From the IMG/VR virus record IMGVR_UViG_3300031132_000002: a DNA stretch of 64,000 nucleotides; one strand, written 5' to 3'. The notes beneath the pieces are model-generated. The model did not search any database. It was not told the origin of the DNA and was given only the letters and a program-made list of their open reading frames with translations. This document shows positions 37,765 through 46,405 of the stretch, one piece after another. The position numbers and the translations under genes are program-made. This DNA comes from a virus. How positions within the stretch are numbered: the first letter of the stretch is position 1; every line of letters starts with the position of its first letter.

Positions 37765-38082
37765 ATGGAAGTAGAGATTGCAGTAACACATTACATTAAA
37801 GTATCCGTTCTGGAAGCACTGGAACGTGGTAGGATTCGTTGGGATTATAATGTAGTGAGCGGTATTTGGGCAGAGAGATACTATTTAGCTGAACGTGATG
37901 ATGTTTTCTTGGAAGTGTCTCAAGAAATCCTCTGCTCAGATGGTAGTCTGCACAATCACACACTATTCTATTTAGAGTGTTCAGACGTTTCCGCAGGTAA
38001 CAACAAGGATATTGTGTTAAAGTACATCCTAGAGAATGTAGATAGAATTATTCCTTATGAGGAGGTATGTGATTATGAGTAG
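37765..38082 (+). CDS. Hypothetical protein
   Basis: SD GGAGG. Confidence 0.6.
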   Translation: MEVEIAVTHYIKVSVLEALERGRIRWDYNVVSGIWAERYYLAERDDVFLEVSQEILCSDGSLHNHTLFYLECSDVSAGNNKDIVLKYILENVDRIIPYEEVCDYE

Positions 38083-38386
38083 ATATTACAACCATATGCG
38101 AACCCTGTTGAACATTGCAGGTATTCCCATTCCGGCAAGTAAGATTGAGTATGAGGCAGGTGTGGTTAGTTTTGTTGCTGACATATCAGAGAACAGTACA
38201 GCTATGCTTGTGCAACACTTAGGAACTACAGTACCATTCACTCTGCAATATGCAGAAAACAACTGTGATGCTCTTAAGGTTCTTTTCTCGGCCCTTACCG
38301 TGGCAAAGCCAGAGGGAGTTCTCAAGCTGCACTCTTTCAGCTTGGAAGAATCAGACGATTGTTCAGTAATTTTCTCTATTGAGTGA
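38075..38386 (+). CDS. Hypothetical protein
   Basis: SD GAGG, overlap with upstream stop. Confidence 0.55.
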   Translation: MSRYYNHMRTLLNIAGIPIPASKIEYEAGVVSFVADISENSTAMLVQHLGTTVPFTLQYAENNCDALKVLFSALTVAKPEGVLKLHSFSLEESDDCSVIFSIE

Positions 38387-38595
38387 TTGATATTTGCTGT
38401 GATATTTGAAACGGAAAAGGGATTTGAAGTGACGTGCCGATCCCTGGAAATGGGAGAACTAATCCCTCTCCTGCTTCCTGTACAGCGTTGTGGCAAACTC
38501 TCTCACCTAACCCATAAACTCACCTAGATAAGTTTAAAAACCTCTCAGGATTGTTCTCAGTAGTTCTTAAAGATACCTATAAAACTTAATCCAAG

Positions 38596-38816
38596 AAATC
38601 GGCAAAAGGTCGTAGGATTTTTTCGAGTTTTCAGAAACCAGATTTAGAAATCCCGAAATTATATTAAGAATCGATCCCGAACAAATCTCACCTGTATCAG
38701 AAAAAATCAGAAAAACCTTGACAAAATTATTTTTAAAAAATCGGGCCAGGGTCGTAGGATTTTTTTGACTTTTTGAAAAACAGAATTTCATTTTCCAGAA
38801 TTATATTAAAAAATCG
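38596..38816. repeat. Two ~78-bp imperfect direct repeats with A/T tracts
   Basis: AAATCGG..GGTCGTAGGATTTTTT..AATTATATTAA..AATCG at about 38596-38673 and 38738-38816. Confidence 0.75.
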
Positions 38817-38845
38817 CATTTTCGGCAGGTATTATGCGCCTGATC

Positions 38846-38920
38846 ATAGTTTCGGGGGTGATAGTTTGCAGGCTAATGGTTTCGGGCGTGATAGTTTCAG
38901 ACGTGACTATTTCGTTAGGA
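38846..38920. repeat. Degenerate 15-bp tandem array, five units
   Basis: ATAGTTTCGGGGGTG / ATAGTTTGCAGGCTA / ATGGTTTCGGGCGTG / ATAGTTTCAGACGTG / ACTATTTCGTTAGGA. Confidence 0.7.
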
Positions 38921-39064
38921 AACTATTAATCACCGGACGTTACTATCTGAATGACGGGCAGGGGCGGTTCTCTCTTCACTTAAGCAGCGTCTTACTCTGG
39001 GAATATAATATCATACTGACTGAATAGATCAACGATTATTTCAATCTTTACAAAACTTATTTTA

Positions 39065-39148
39065 GACAGCTTACCGGCGATTCACCTTGCAGCCCCTTCG
39101 GGCCTGCTAGCCAAGTTTAGCGCCGTTGGTAGGCGTTGCCTTACTGTG
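39065..39148 (-). ncRNA. Candidate structured small RNA
   Basis: Promoter TTGACG-17-TATACT (39182-39154), no ORF, nested stems CGGCG...CGCCG and GCAG-GCCC-GAA-GGG-GCTGC. Confidence 0.45.
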
Positions 39149-39185
39149 AAAACAGTATAACCAGGCTTGCGCCTGGCGTCAATAC

Positions 39186-39344
39186 TTAATCATAATTTTT
39201 GTCACGTCCAATAATACAAACAAAAGTCCAGCCGTCATCCTCTACGCTTTCCTTTATTTCCTCTACCGTACCGCAACGGCTTAAAGTTGTTGTAGAATTA
39301 GAATCCGCATCGAAAACTTTTACCAGGTAGTATTGATCGATCAT
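39186..39344 (-). CDS. Hypothetical 52-aa protein
   Basis: Own translation MIDQYYLVKVFD...; promoter TTGACT-17-TATGCT. Confidence 0.55.
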   Translation of the reverse strand: MIDQYYLVKVFDADSNSTTTLSRCGTVEEIKESVEDDGWTFVCIIGRDKNYD

Positions 39345-39403
39345 AGCGTAACCCTTGTTTGTTTCAGTTCGATTAGCATAGCCTGGCGGGGCCAGGTAGT
39401 CAA

Positions 39404-39580
39404 TTAATATTCCAGTGAATCCGCAATTATTTCCCCGTTCTCCGCTACTACCTTCACACGATAAAAACCCGCGTCTAACATCCTCATAGCGTGAGGCAAT
39501 GGAACCCGGCGAGATCCGCAGTGCAGCGCACTTGTTTCCCAGGTAAAGAGAGTAACCATTGTATCTGAGGAAGTAATCAT
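39404..39580 (-). CDS. Hypothetical 58-aa protein
   Basis: Own translation MITSSDTMVTLF...; promoter TTGATT-17-CATAAT. Confidence 0.5.
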   Translation of the reverse strand: MITSSDTMVTLFTWETSALHCGSRRVPLPHAMRMLDAGFYRVKVVAENGEIIADSLEY

Positions 39581-39643
39581 TTTCTTGTCCTATTTGTTGG
39601 AGTCAGAACATTATGCCCGAAATGAATCGGGCAATCAATAGTT

Positions 39644-39871
39644 TTATTCGACAATATCAAAGAAAGTCGCTAGGTCTGCGCGGCTCAGACAATAGCCTGA
39701 ATTGATCATCGCTTTTGTTTTACGGTCGATCATAACCTGACTAGCGTTTGTATGTGCCGGAGAGGTAACAAGGAACAGATCGCCTGGCTTTACATTAACA
39801 GGACGGCCCCGCCCATTCAGGGACTTAATCTGGAAAGGGCTTTTTGCTGATACCATAGTAAACTGTTTCAT
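39644..39871 (-). CDS. Hypothetical protein
   Basis: ORF with SD AAGGA, divergent from 40006. Confidence 0.6.
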   Translation of the reverse strand: MKQFTMVSAKSPFQIKSLNGRGRPVNVKPGDLFLVTSPAHTNASQVMIDRKTKAMINSGYCLSRADLATFFDIVE

Positions 39872-40005
39872 CTCTGTTTTCCTTTATATATCACGGCTTC
39901 CCGTGTTTAGTGTGGCTATAATACACTAAACAAAAGTAAAAACAATACTTGATTTAAAATCATTTATCTGTAGAATACGAAGCCTAATCAACAGAGAGGG
40001 CAAAA

Positions 40006-40266
40006 ATGTTTCCATTCAAGACAGGCGGTGAACTTTACGTTTTCAACTCAGAGAAACCGCAAAGACTGTTAGCTAGTGTTGTGAAGAATCCACATAGCGC
40101 AACGGTTGCACCTGGCTTTATTATGGTGAATTGTGTGTTAACCTTTGCACAGGTGTTGATTCACAAATACGCTAACGGCGTAACGTTAGACGGTTACTAT
40201 TCAAAAGACGCGGAGATCTTATATAATGCAATCATCAAAGTTAAACAGCAGCGGAGGATCTTTTAA
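40006..40266 (+). CDS. Hypothetical early protein
   Basis: Promoter TTGATT-16-TAGAAT, SD GAGG. Confidence 0.6.
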   Translation: MFPFKTGGELYVFNSEKPQRLLASVVKNPHSATVAPGFIMVNCVLTFAQVLIHKYANGVTLDGYYSKDAEILYNAIIKVKQQRRIF

Positions 40267-40799
40267 TGGGGCGTGAGTATGTGATCCAATCCTGGGTAAA
40301 GCACGATCCTGATGATTGGCGGGTTATTCCTGACGAGCTTCTAGATCATTCTGTAGGGTATAGCGGGGAGCAAGTAGGCAACCGTCTGGCACGGTCTAAC
40401 GGTAACGTAAGGACTCGAACGATCCCAGGCTGGAATCCTGACGGCACGGCAGACATTGCCGGAGCAGCAGAACCAGAAAGAGCGGCGCGGCGCGTTAATC
40501 CTTTGTATGCTGTAGATCCAGCGTTTAAGATTCTGGAAGAGTACGAGCCGAAAGCAGCAGCACTAACGGCAGACCTAGAAGCCAGGAGAATTACACAAGG
40601 GACTTTTGATCTAGCTATGAGGGTGTTAGATAACAAACTTAAGAAGGCAGAAGCGAAGATCCACAAGTTAGCAGAGCCAGACGACGAAGAAGAGCAGGAA
40701 GAAGATAGCGAACCGGTATTATTCGCAGAAGTAGCAGACAGCGAAGGCTTTACAGAAGAAGAATTGAAAAAAGCATTAAATAAACGATTCTTTGATTGA
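40266..40799 (+). CDS. Hypothetical protein with acidic C-terminal stretch
   Basis: EPDDEEEQEEDSE; TAATG coupling. Confidence 0.65.
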   Translation: MGREYVIQSWVKHDPDDWRVIPDELLDHSVGYSGEQVGNRLARSNGNVRTRTIPGWNPDGTADIAGAAEPERAARRVNPLYAVDPAFKILEEYEPKAAALTADLEARRITQGTFDLAMRVLDNKLKKAEAKIHKLAEPDDEEEQEEDSEPVLFAEVADSEGFTEEELKKALNKRFFD

Positions 40800-40829
40800 C
40801 AGACAAAACGAGATCCCTTAGTATTACCA

Positions 40830-40895
40830 CATCAACGAGGCAGGGAGCCACCCGCAAGGGCAGTAGCGCCAGAGCATACGAAGTCTGGATAAGTT
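40830..40895 (+). ncRNA. Candidate structured small RNA
   Basis: Promoter TTGACA-17-TAGTAT (40796-40824), no ORF before next promoter, hairpins GGC-AGGGA-GCC, CCC-GCAA-GGG, CCAGA...TCTGG. Confidence 0.45.
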
Positions 40896-40994
40896 GAAAA
40901 AGAAACGAAATAGTAGTTGAAATAAAGAATCAGTATGATACACTAGCTTCACAGTAACAAGACAACTTAAACAAACAACCAAGGAAAACGAATT

Positions 40995-41153
40995 ATGAAC
41001 AAGCCAACTAACTTCAAGCAAGCCGATTTCATCACTATGCAAAACGATAACGAAGACCGCGCAAATCGTGGAGTTCGTAAAGAAGGCTGGATCATCGCTG
41101 GTTTGTTTTCCTTGCTTGTCTGGATTCCAGTACTATCTAAAATCTTTTTCTAA
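40995..41153 (+). CDS. 52-aa single-TM protein, weakly YmiA-like
   Basis: Own translation ..RGVRKEGWIIAGLFSLLVWIPVLSKIFF; SD AAGGA. Confidence 0.55.
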   Translation: MNKPTNFKQADFITMQNDNEDRANRGVRKEGWIIAGLFSLLVWIPVLSKIFF

Positions 41154-41222
41154 AATAGTGTTGACCTAGAAAACAAAAATCTGTAGTATTCTTATCACTG
41201 AGACGAAAACGGAAACAAAGCA

Positions 41223-41369
41223 ATGAAACAATATGTAATGGCTATTCACTTTAAATCAGGCGCAACGGTATGCACACCGGATCTATATGCGATTCGTCAA
41301 CGTTGTAAGCGTCTTAAATCGGAGTTGAATAAAAATAAAGATTGTGGTTTTCGTCGCTGGGGTTTATAA
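41223..41369 (+). CDS. Hypothetical 48-aa protein
   Basis: Own translation MKQYVMAIHFK...; promoter TTGACC-17-TAGTAT. Confidence 0.55.
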   Translation: MKQYVMAIHFKSGATVCTPDLYAIRQRCKRLKSELNKNKDCGFRRWGL

Positions 41370-41374
41370 ATCGT

Positions 41375-41414
41375 TTGACTTTGATTTAGTGGGGCTTTAA
41401 GATAGCCTCACTAG
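41375..41414 (+). promoter_or_regulatory. Sigma70 promoter with -10 in the loop of a 10-bp stem
   Basis: TTGACT-17-TAAGAT; TAGTGGGGCT-TTAAGAT-AGCCTCACTA. Confidence 0.75.
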
Positions 41415-41446
41415 GTAAGAGAAAACAATCAACCAAGGAAAATAAA

Positions 41447-41713
41447 ATGGCTTCTTTCAGCGCAACAATGTTTAAACTTTCAGCTATGGGTGACAAAGTG
41501 ATCGCCGGATCTGGTAGCTTTGCGAATATTTCTATTGATGGGCGTTTAAGCCTGGCGGCGGCTATCGAAGTGGCGCGGGAAAACTTAAAGAAAGAAGCAG
41601 GCGCGGCGTATATCGGATTTGCAATCGAAAAAACATCCCGATTTGTTGACTATAAAAACCCTGTGATTGTTGATTCACAGTTAAAAGCAAAAGAAGTGAT
41701 GTTTTTACTGTAA
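41447..41713 (+). CDS. Hypothetical early protein
   Basis: Own promoter and SD. Confidence 0.65.
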   Translation: MASFSATMFKLSAMGDKVIAGSGSFANISIDGRLSLAAAIEVARENLKKEAGAAYIGFAIEKTSRFVDYKNPVIVDSQLKAKEVMFLL

Positions 41714-41813
41714 AAGATTCAAAAATAAGTTTGACAGAAGCAAAGCAATAAACGATAATACTTACATCAAGCGGGGAAATGGTTTCCCGCCTAACAAAAG
41801 AGAAGAGAAAACT

Positions 41814-41984
41814 ATGAAAACTTTCACCACTCGCAACGAAGCCCGCGCAATCCGTAAAGCAGTAAACGAGAAAGTAAAAGCGTCTGGTAGCAAAGCAACC
41901 TTGCGCGACCCTGTGAAAAACGATGATGGGCGCTGGTCATTCCCTGGTATCTCACACGGTAAGAAACTAACTCTGAAAAAGTAA
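41814..41984 (+). CDS. Basic 56-aa protein
   Basis: Own translation MKTFTTRNEARAIRK...; promoter TTGACA-17-GATAAT. Confidence 0.6.
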   Translation: MKTFTTRNEARAIRKAVNEKVKASGSKATLRDPVKNDDGRWSFPGISHGKKLTLKK

Positions 41985-42068
41985 GATTATTTTACAAAGG
42001 GCTTTTGCAAATAATAATAGCCCTTGATAGAATACTCTCACACTAACAAAGCAACCAAGGACAAGAAA

Positions 42069-42401
42069 ATGACTACCACTTACACTGAAATCCTGGCAAA
42101 TGCAATCGTCGCTTTTAACGAGCGTATCCAGTGCGATAACTTAACGATTGTAAGCGATTCAAGCGATGCATTGCACGAAGTGGCGGATCATTATGTTCCC
42201 CATTACTACAAAGAAATTTTTGAGGTAATGGCGTCAGAAGGTATTGATCACGAATTCGAAGACAGCGGATTGATTCCTGAGACAAAAGATGTTACGCGGA
42301 TTTTGCAGGCTCGCATCTACGAACAACTTTACATTGACATTCAGAACTCAAATGATTTAGTATGGTGTGAATCAGATTTCGGAGAAGAAGAAACAGAATA
42401 A
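42069..42401 (+). CDS. ocr: Ocr (T7 gp0.3-like) DNA-mimic anti-restriction protein
   Basis: VPHYY.EIF.VMASEGID.EFEDSGL.P.TKDV.RILQARIYEQL.ID matches the T7 Ocr core as recalled; promoter TTGCAA-17-TAGAAT. Confidence 0.93.
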   Translation: MTTTYTEILANAIVAFNERIQCDNLTIVSDSSDALHEVADHYVPHYYKEIFEVMASEGIDHEFEDSGLIPETKDVTRILQARIYEQLYIDIQNSNDLVWCESDFGEEETE

Positions 42402-42550
42402 CGATTTTTCGTGTTGCCTCCTGGTTAGGGGGCAATGAGAAAGAAAGTTAAAAGATTTAGAAAACAGTTGTTGACTCTGAATCAAAAAAGCGTAGAATGT
42501 TTCATATCAGGACAACAAAGGGTTGTCCCTAACAGAGAAGAGAAAATATT

Positions 42551-42901
42551 ATGACTATCGCAACCATCAAAGCAAACATCGAAGCTAAAAAATTAGAAAT
42601 CAAAGAAAAGCAAGCTGAAATGGATAATTTTGAAATCACCGTTAGCGAAAGAGAATATGATGATTTTCTGAATGATTGTTACGAAGAAGTAGAAATTTGT
42701 GGTCAAACTTATGCGCCAGCTTATGCTCTTAAGATGGTTGATGAAATATCTTACAATACGGGAAAGAGTGACTACGAAGGATCACAAGAGAAGGAAGAAA
42801 ACGAAGATTACAAAGAGCTAATGGAAGATCTGGAGACATTAGAATCTGAACTAGAAGATCTCGAAAGTGAGTTAGAAGAGGCAGAAGAAAACGAAGAATA
42901 A
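42551..42901 (+). CDS. Highly acidic protein, candidate DNA mimic
   Basis: About one third Asp/Glu; promoter TTGACT-16-TAGAAT. Confidence 0.7.
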   Translation: MTIATIKANIEAKKLEIKEKQAEMDNFEITVSEREYDDFLNDCYEEVEICGQTYAPAYALKMVDEISYNTGKSDYEGSQEKEENEDYKELMEDLETLESELEDLESELEEAEENEE

Positions 42902-42988
42902 TCTAAAATAGTTGTTGACCTTTAATTCAGAATAACAGATAATACTTATCAGACGGCGGGAAAGTCTCTCGCCATAAGCGAGAATAAA

Positions 42989-43144
42989 ATGCAAAAGTAT
43001 ACAATCCAATGTGAACAGGCAGACGGCACAATCTGGAGTCCTGACTGGCGTTTATCTTTCCAGGACGCGCAAGAGATGAAACAGCAGTATAAAGAAGTGT
43101 TTACTTTATGCAAGAGTTGGAAAGTTATAAAAATAAGTAAATAA
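42989..43144 (+). CDS. Hypothetical 51-aa protein
   Basis: Own translation MQKYTIQCEQADG...; promoter TTGACC-17-GATAAT. Confidence 0.55.
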   Translation: MQKYTIQCEQADGTIWSPDWRLSFQDAQEMKQQYKEVFTLCKSWKVIKISK

Positions 43145-43218
43145 TTGTTGACTGTAAACAAGAGACATTATAATATAGTGTCTCTGATTTAGAGAAACAA
43201 CCACCACTAACTAGGAAA

Positions 43219-43785
43219 ATGAAAATGACTATCATCGAAATCACAGACAACACAACTAAACGCCAGTTAGTGAAGGGCTTGAAAAAGTTGGGTAAAGGAT
43301 TGTTCACTGAGTGTTTCGAATTGAGTGATAGTGAAGTACTGTTAGTAAGTGAAGATCCGTTGAAAGAAGTCTACTCAATGGGCTGGCTGTGTGATACACT
43401 GTTTCCAGTAACTGAGAGAATAGATTGCTTAGCAAGCGGCGAGAATATTTTCAAAATGAAACAGTATACAAAAGTTTCAAGCCTGAAAAATAGTTTAGAA
43501 GCAGATCAATACGAAATTTATAAAACTTTGCGAAAGGCTCAGGATGTGTTAAAGTGTCCTAGCAACCTTTATGACAGTTACAACGCGGTACACGATGCAT
43601 TTTCAACGATTGAAAATGACGAGTTACGCACGACAATGATTGAAGCGCTGGATGATGTAGCGAATTACGGATCTGATGTAATGTTTGAGATTTCACCGCG
43701 AAATGTTGCAGTAGACAACGGCAAGCTGATTCTGCTAGACTGCTTCTTTATGCGCAGTAAAGCAAACGAAATGCGTAACAAATAA
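43219..43785 (+). CDS. Protein-kinase-like fold protein (T7 gp0.7-like motifs, degenerate)
   Basis: LGKGLFTECF Gly-loop; FEISPRNVAVDNGKLILLD catalytic and Mg-binding loops. Confidence 0.55.
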   Translation: MKMTIIEITDNTTKRQLVKGLKKLGKGLFTECFELSDSEVLLVSEDPLKEVYSMGWLCDTLFPVTERIDCLASGENIFKMKQYTKVSSLKNSLEADQYEIYKTLRKAQDVLKCPSNLYDSYNAVHDAFSTIENDELRTTMIEALDDVANYGSDVMFEISPRNVAVDNGKLILLDCFFMRSKANEMRNK

Positions 43786-43813
43786 TCTAACTAAACTTAA
43801 AGAGGGTATAAAG

Positions 43814-43948
43814 ATGCAATACACAAACAAAGCTGAAAAAATGAAGTCGGGCAAACGTGCGGCATTCGGTGAAGTTGTGATCAAGAAGGGCGCAAAGCTG
43901 AATAAGACAACGCGAGGAGTCAGCAATAAACGCAACTGGCAAGAGTAA
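43814..43948 (+). CDS. Basic 44-aa peptide resembling T7 gp1.1
   Basis: Own translation MQYTNKAEKMKSGKR..KGAKLNKTTRGVSNKRNWQE. Confidence 0.55.
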   Translation: MQYTNKAEKMKSGKRAAFGEVVIKKGAKLNKTTRGVSNKRNWQE

Positions 43949-43950
43949 CA

Positions 43951-43977
43951 AGAGGGGGCGCAAATAGCGCCCCTTTC
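43951..43977 (+). terminator. Intrinsic terminator
   Basis: GGGGCGC-AAATA-GCGCCCC-TTT. Confidence 0.65.
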
Positions 43978-44058
43978 GACGTTTAAGAGACTGCAAACAT
44001 AAGCCATAGAATCACACTAACCAAGCAATAAAACCTCTTACAATGGATTACAGAAACA

Positions 44059-44268
44059 ATGAGACACGATACACCAGCTAACAACCTCCCCGCCCTTATC
44101 AAACAATGGAATCAATCTAACAGGATGATAGCACGTTACTATGATCAACACGGCTTCCCTGTGTGGGGCATTGTCCTGGACATTAACGAAAAAGAATCAC
44201 AAATAACTATTGATCATAGGTCTAACTGTGTTAGTATGTCTGCATTGATTGAGACAAAACAGGTATAG
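44059..44268 (+). CDS. Hypothetical protein
   Basis: ORF, weak SD. Confidence 0.45.
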   Translation: MRHDTPANNLPALIKQWNQSNRMIARYYDQHGFPVWGIVLDINEKESQITIDHRSNCVSMSALIETKQV

Positions 44269-44277
44269 GATTTAAAA

Positions 44278-44547
44278 ATGATTGCTGCAAACTCCCTAGC
44301 TTTTTTCTCTGATATCGTGCCAGGCGTGATCCTGGAACATAAAGAGATCTATGCGACAGAGAAGACTTTTAAATTCTCTTTCCACAACAGAAAAGTAGCA
44401 ATCGCGGTATCTGTTGAAAATAACTATTGTGTTTTAACGTATGTGTGCGATAATGGTTTTCGTCAGGTGAGCGATAGCGCAGAGCTAGCCACCCAAGACA
44501 TTCCAGCAACTATCGTTGCTATCGTTAATGATTATATGACAGCTTAA
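44278..44547 (+). CDS. Hypothetical protein
   Basis: SD AGGA. Confidence 0.6.
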   Translation: MIAANSLAFFSDIVPGVILEHKEIYATEKTFKFSFHNRKVAIAVSVENNYCVLTYVCDNGFRQVSDSAELATQDIPATIVAIVNDYMTA

Positions 44548-44557
44548 GGATCTAAAA

Positions 44558-44872
44558 ATGTTTGCTTCTATCGTTCTCATCGCTTCACTGTGTAACGTAT
44601 CAACTCAGACTAACGACAAGTGCGGCGCAGACTTTGAAAAAACCTGGGTAAGCAACTCTGTTACCGAGTTAAAGAAAGATGCGAATAATTGTTTTGACAT
44701 TCTGGACTTTATGCCGGACGTTGAAACGGTAGACGCAGATCACATCATTACGCGGGGATGTTACATTGTTTCAGACTCGCAAGATGATAACAGCGGGAAA
44801 GTGATTTTAGAAAATATGTTACATCCTGAAATCAAATTCCAATTCAATAAATCAGACTTAGAGGTAAACTAA
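44558..44872 (+). CDS. Exported Cys-containing protein
   Basis: Hydrophobic N-terminus, four Cys. Confidence 0.6.
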   Translation: MFASIVLIASLCNVSTQTNDKCGADFEKTWVSNSVTELKKDANNCFDILDFMPDVETVDADHIITRGCYIVSDSQDDNSGKVILENMLHPEIKFQFNKSDLEVN

Positions 44873-45075
44873 ACCCATATGGAAAGCGACAGTATAGACT
44901 ATAAAGAAGAATCATTTTTAGCAGAAAACAAAACAAAGCTGTTAATCAGCGGCGGTTTGTGGGCTATCGTCTTTTTAGTCTTGTGTTTCCAATAATAAAC
45001 ATTGCGCGGGGGATTTACTCCCGCCTCTGTTAGTGTATAATGGTTTTCATCGGTTAAGCAACTAAGGCAAACATA

Positions 45076-45381
45076 ATGCAACCTTTACAACTTCTAACCC
45101 TATTACGTTCAATTTCCAATGATACCCTGATCGCTACAAAGCGCCAGGAGTACACGCCGGAGGCAATCTATCGCATTCATAATCAGAAAGTGCAAGCGAT
45201 TATGAATACTGTTGCAAATGACTCAGGATGTAATAAGAAAGTAAAGGCAAAATATTTTGCTGAAATTAGAAAGATTTCCCTTGCACCTATGCGCGTTAAA
45301 ACCTACAATAGCATTTCGTTAGCTATTGAAAGCAGAACTCGATCCCTCACTAGCGCTGTTGATTTTATGAAAAGGGCTTAA
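45076..45381 (+). CDS. Hypothetical protein
   Basis: Promoter TTTACT-16-TATAAT. Confidence 0.55.
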   Translation: MQPLQLLTLLRSISNDTLIATKRQEYTPEAIYRIHNQKVQAIMNTVANDSGCNKKVKAKYFAEIRKISLAPMRVKTYNSISLAIESRTRSLTSAVDFMKRA

Positions 45382-45384
45382 CCA

Positions 45385-45861
45385 ATGAACATTACAAAGT
45401 TTTTCTATTATGACGAATTGAGCGAAGAAGCAAAAGCCCAAGCGCGGATCAATGTATTAGTGCCAGAGTATGAGGCAAGAAGCCGCGACATTAAAAAGGC
45501 TCTTTCAGTCTGGTGTGAAGATTCAAACAAAGCAATCAATGATCCTTACCATATCCGCAAGTTGTTTAACGGTAGTGAAGCACTAAGAAAAGTAAAGCAG
45601 TTTGGGAATGATTATCTGATCCGCTATATTCGAGACAACCGGACGATCTTTACTGACAATGGCGATTATGTCTACTACATAAAAGAATGCGTAGAAGTAG
45701 TAACGCACGGTAAACGTTTAAAGCTGAATAGTGACGAAGTGAAACAGTTAGCTATCGAAGCATATTGTGATGTTAATGATCGCGGCCCTAACTATCATAA
45801 CAACCTTTACCGCACCTGGCACCGCATCAAACATTTTATGATCGTTAATAACAAAGGGTAA
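45385..45861 (+). CDS. Hypothetical protein
   Basis: YDELSEEAKAQA N-terminus, FTDNG motif. Confidence 0.65.
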   Translation: MNITKFFYYDELSEEAKAQARINVLVPEYEARSRDIKKALSVWCEDSNKAINDPYHIRKLFNGSEALRKVKQFGNDYLIRYIRDNRTIFTDNGDYVYYIKECVEVVTHGKRLKLNSDEVKQLAIEAYCDVNDRGPNYHNNLYRTWHRIKHFMIVNNKG

Positions 45862-46216
45862 TTACTATGCGTGACTTTATCATTGATCTACTACTTTTCG
45901 CTCTTATTGTTAATTTATTTGGCTGGACAACTGCTTTAGTTGCCGCGTTAATAGTGATCTTACTTAACGATTAAAAGCAATAGCCAATACAACTTTATTT
46001 CATTTTTGCGATATGCAAAAAAGTGAATTTAAAGAGATCTCCGCGAGGCAATACGATGATAGCACTTTCGGAGATCGACGCTTAGAGAGCGTTACAGGAG
46101 GTTTTAAGATGGGGTTATTTGTTATGAACTCCTGAGAATGGCTTAAATTTAGTTGTCATCTGTTACTATCTGCATAAACAGCGTTATTTATGCATAATCA
46201 CTGAATAGAGGATTTT

Positions 46217-46405
46217 ATGAGCAAAGTTGTTACTTTAAACTTGACTATTGAAAAAATGCGCACACTGTCGGAAATCGTTCAGCGCGAGATAACCGAAACA
46301 GAGCATTTATTATCACCGTCTCCCACACTTGACGAACTACTAAAAGATCGTCGTAACATCCTGGCGGGGATTGAATGCGCCATTATTCACGCTGAAATGC
46401 AATAG
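46217..46405 (+). CDS. Hypothetical protein
   Basis: SD GAGGA. Confidence 0.55.
   Translation: MSKVVTLNLTIEKMRTLSEIVQREITETEHLLSPSPTLDELLKDRRNILAGIECAIIHAEMQ

Noticed and set aside
38846-38920. 15-bp array as a CRISPR array
   Set aside because: Units are degenerate and contiguous with no spacers; no cas genes
38567-39027. ORFs 38567..38791 and 38773..39027
   Set aside because: They overlay repeat DNA, lack an SD and have repeat-derived composition
41771-41790. GCGGGGAA hairpin as a solitary type I-E CRISPR repeat (RNA anti-CRISPR)
   Set aside because: Only about 8 nt resemble the repeat, and arm order and flanks do not fit
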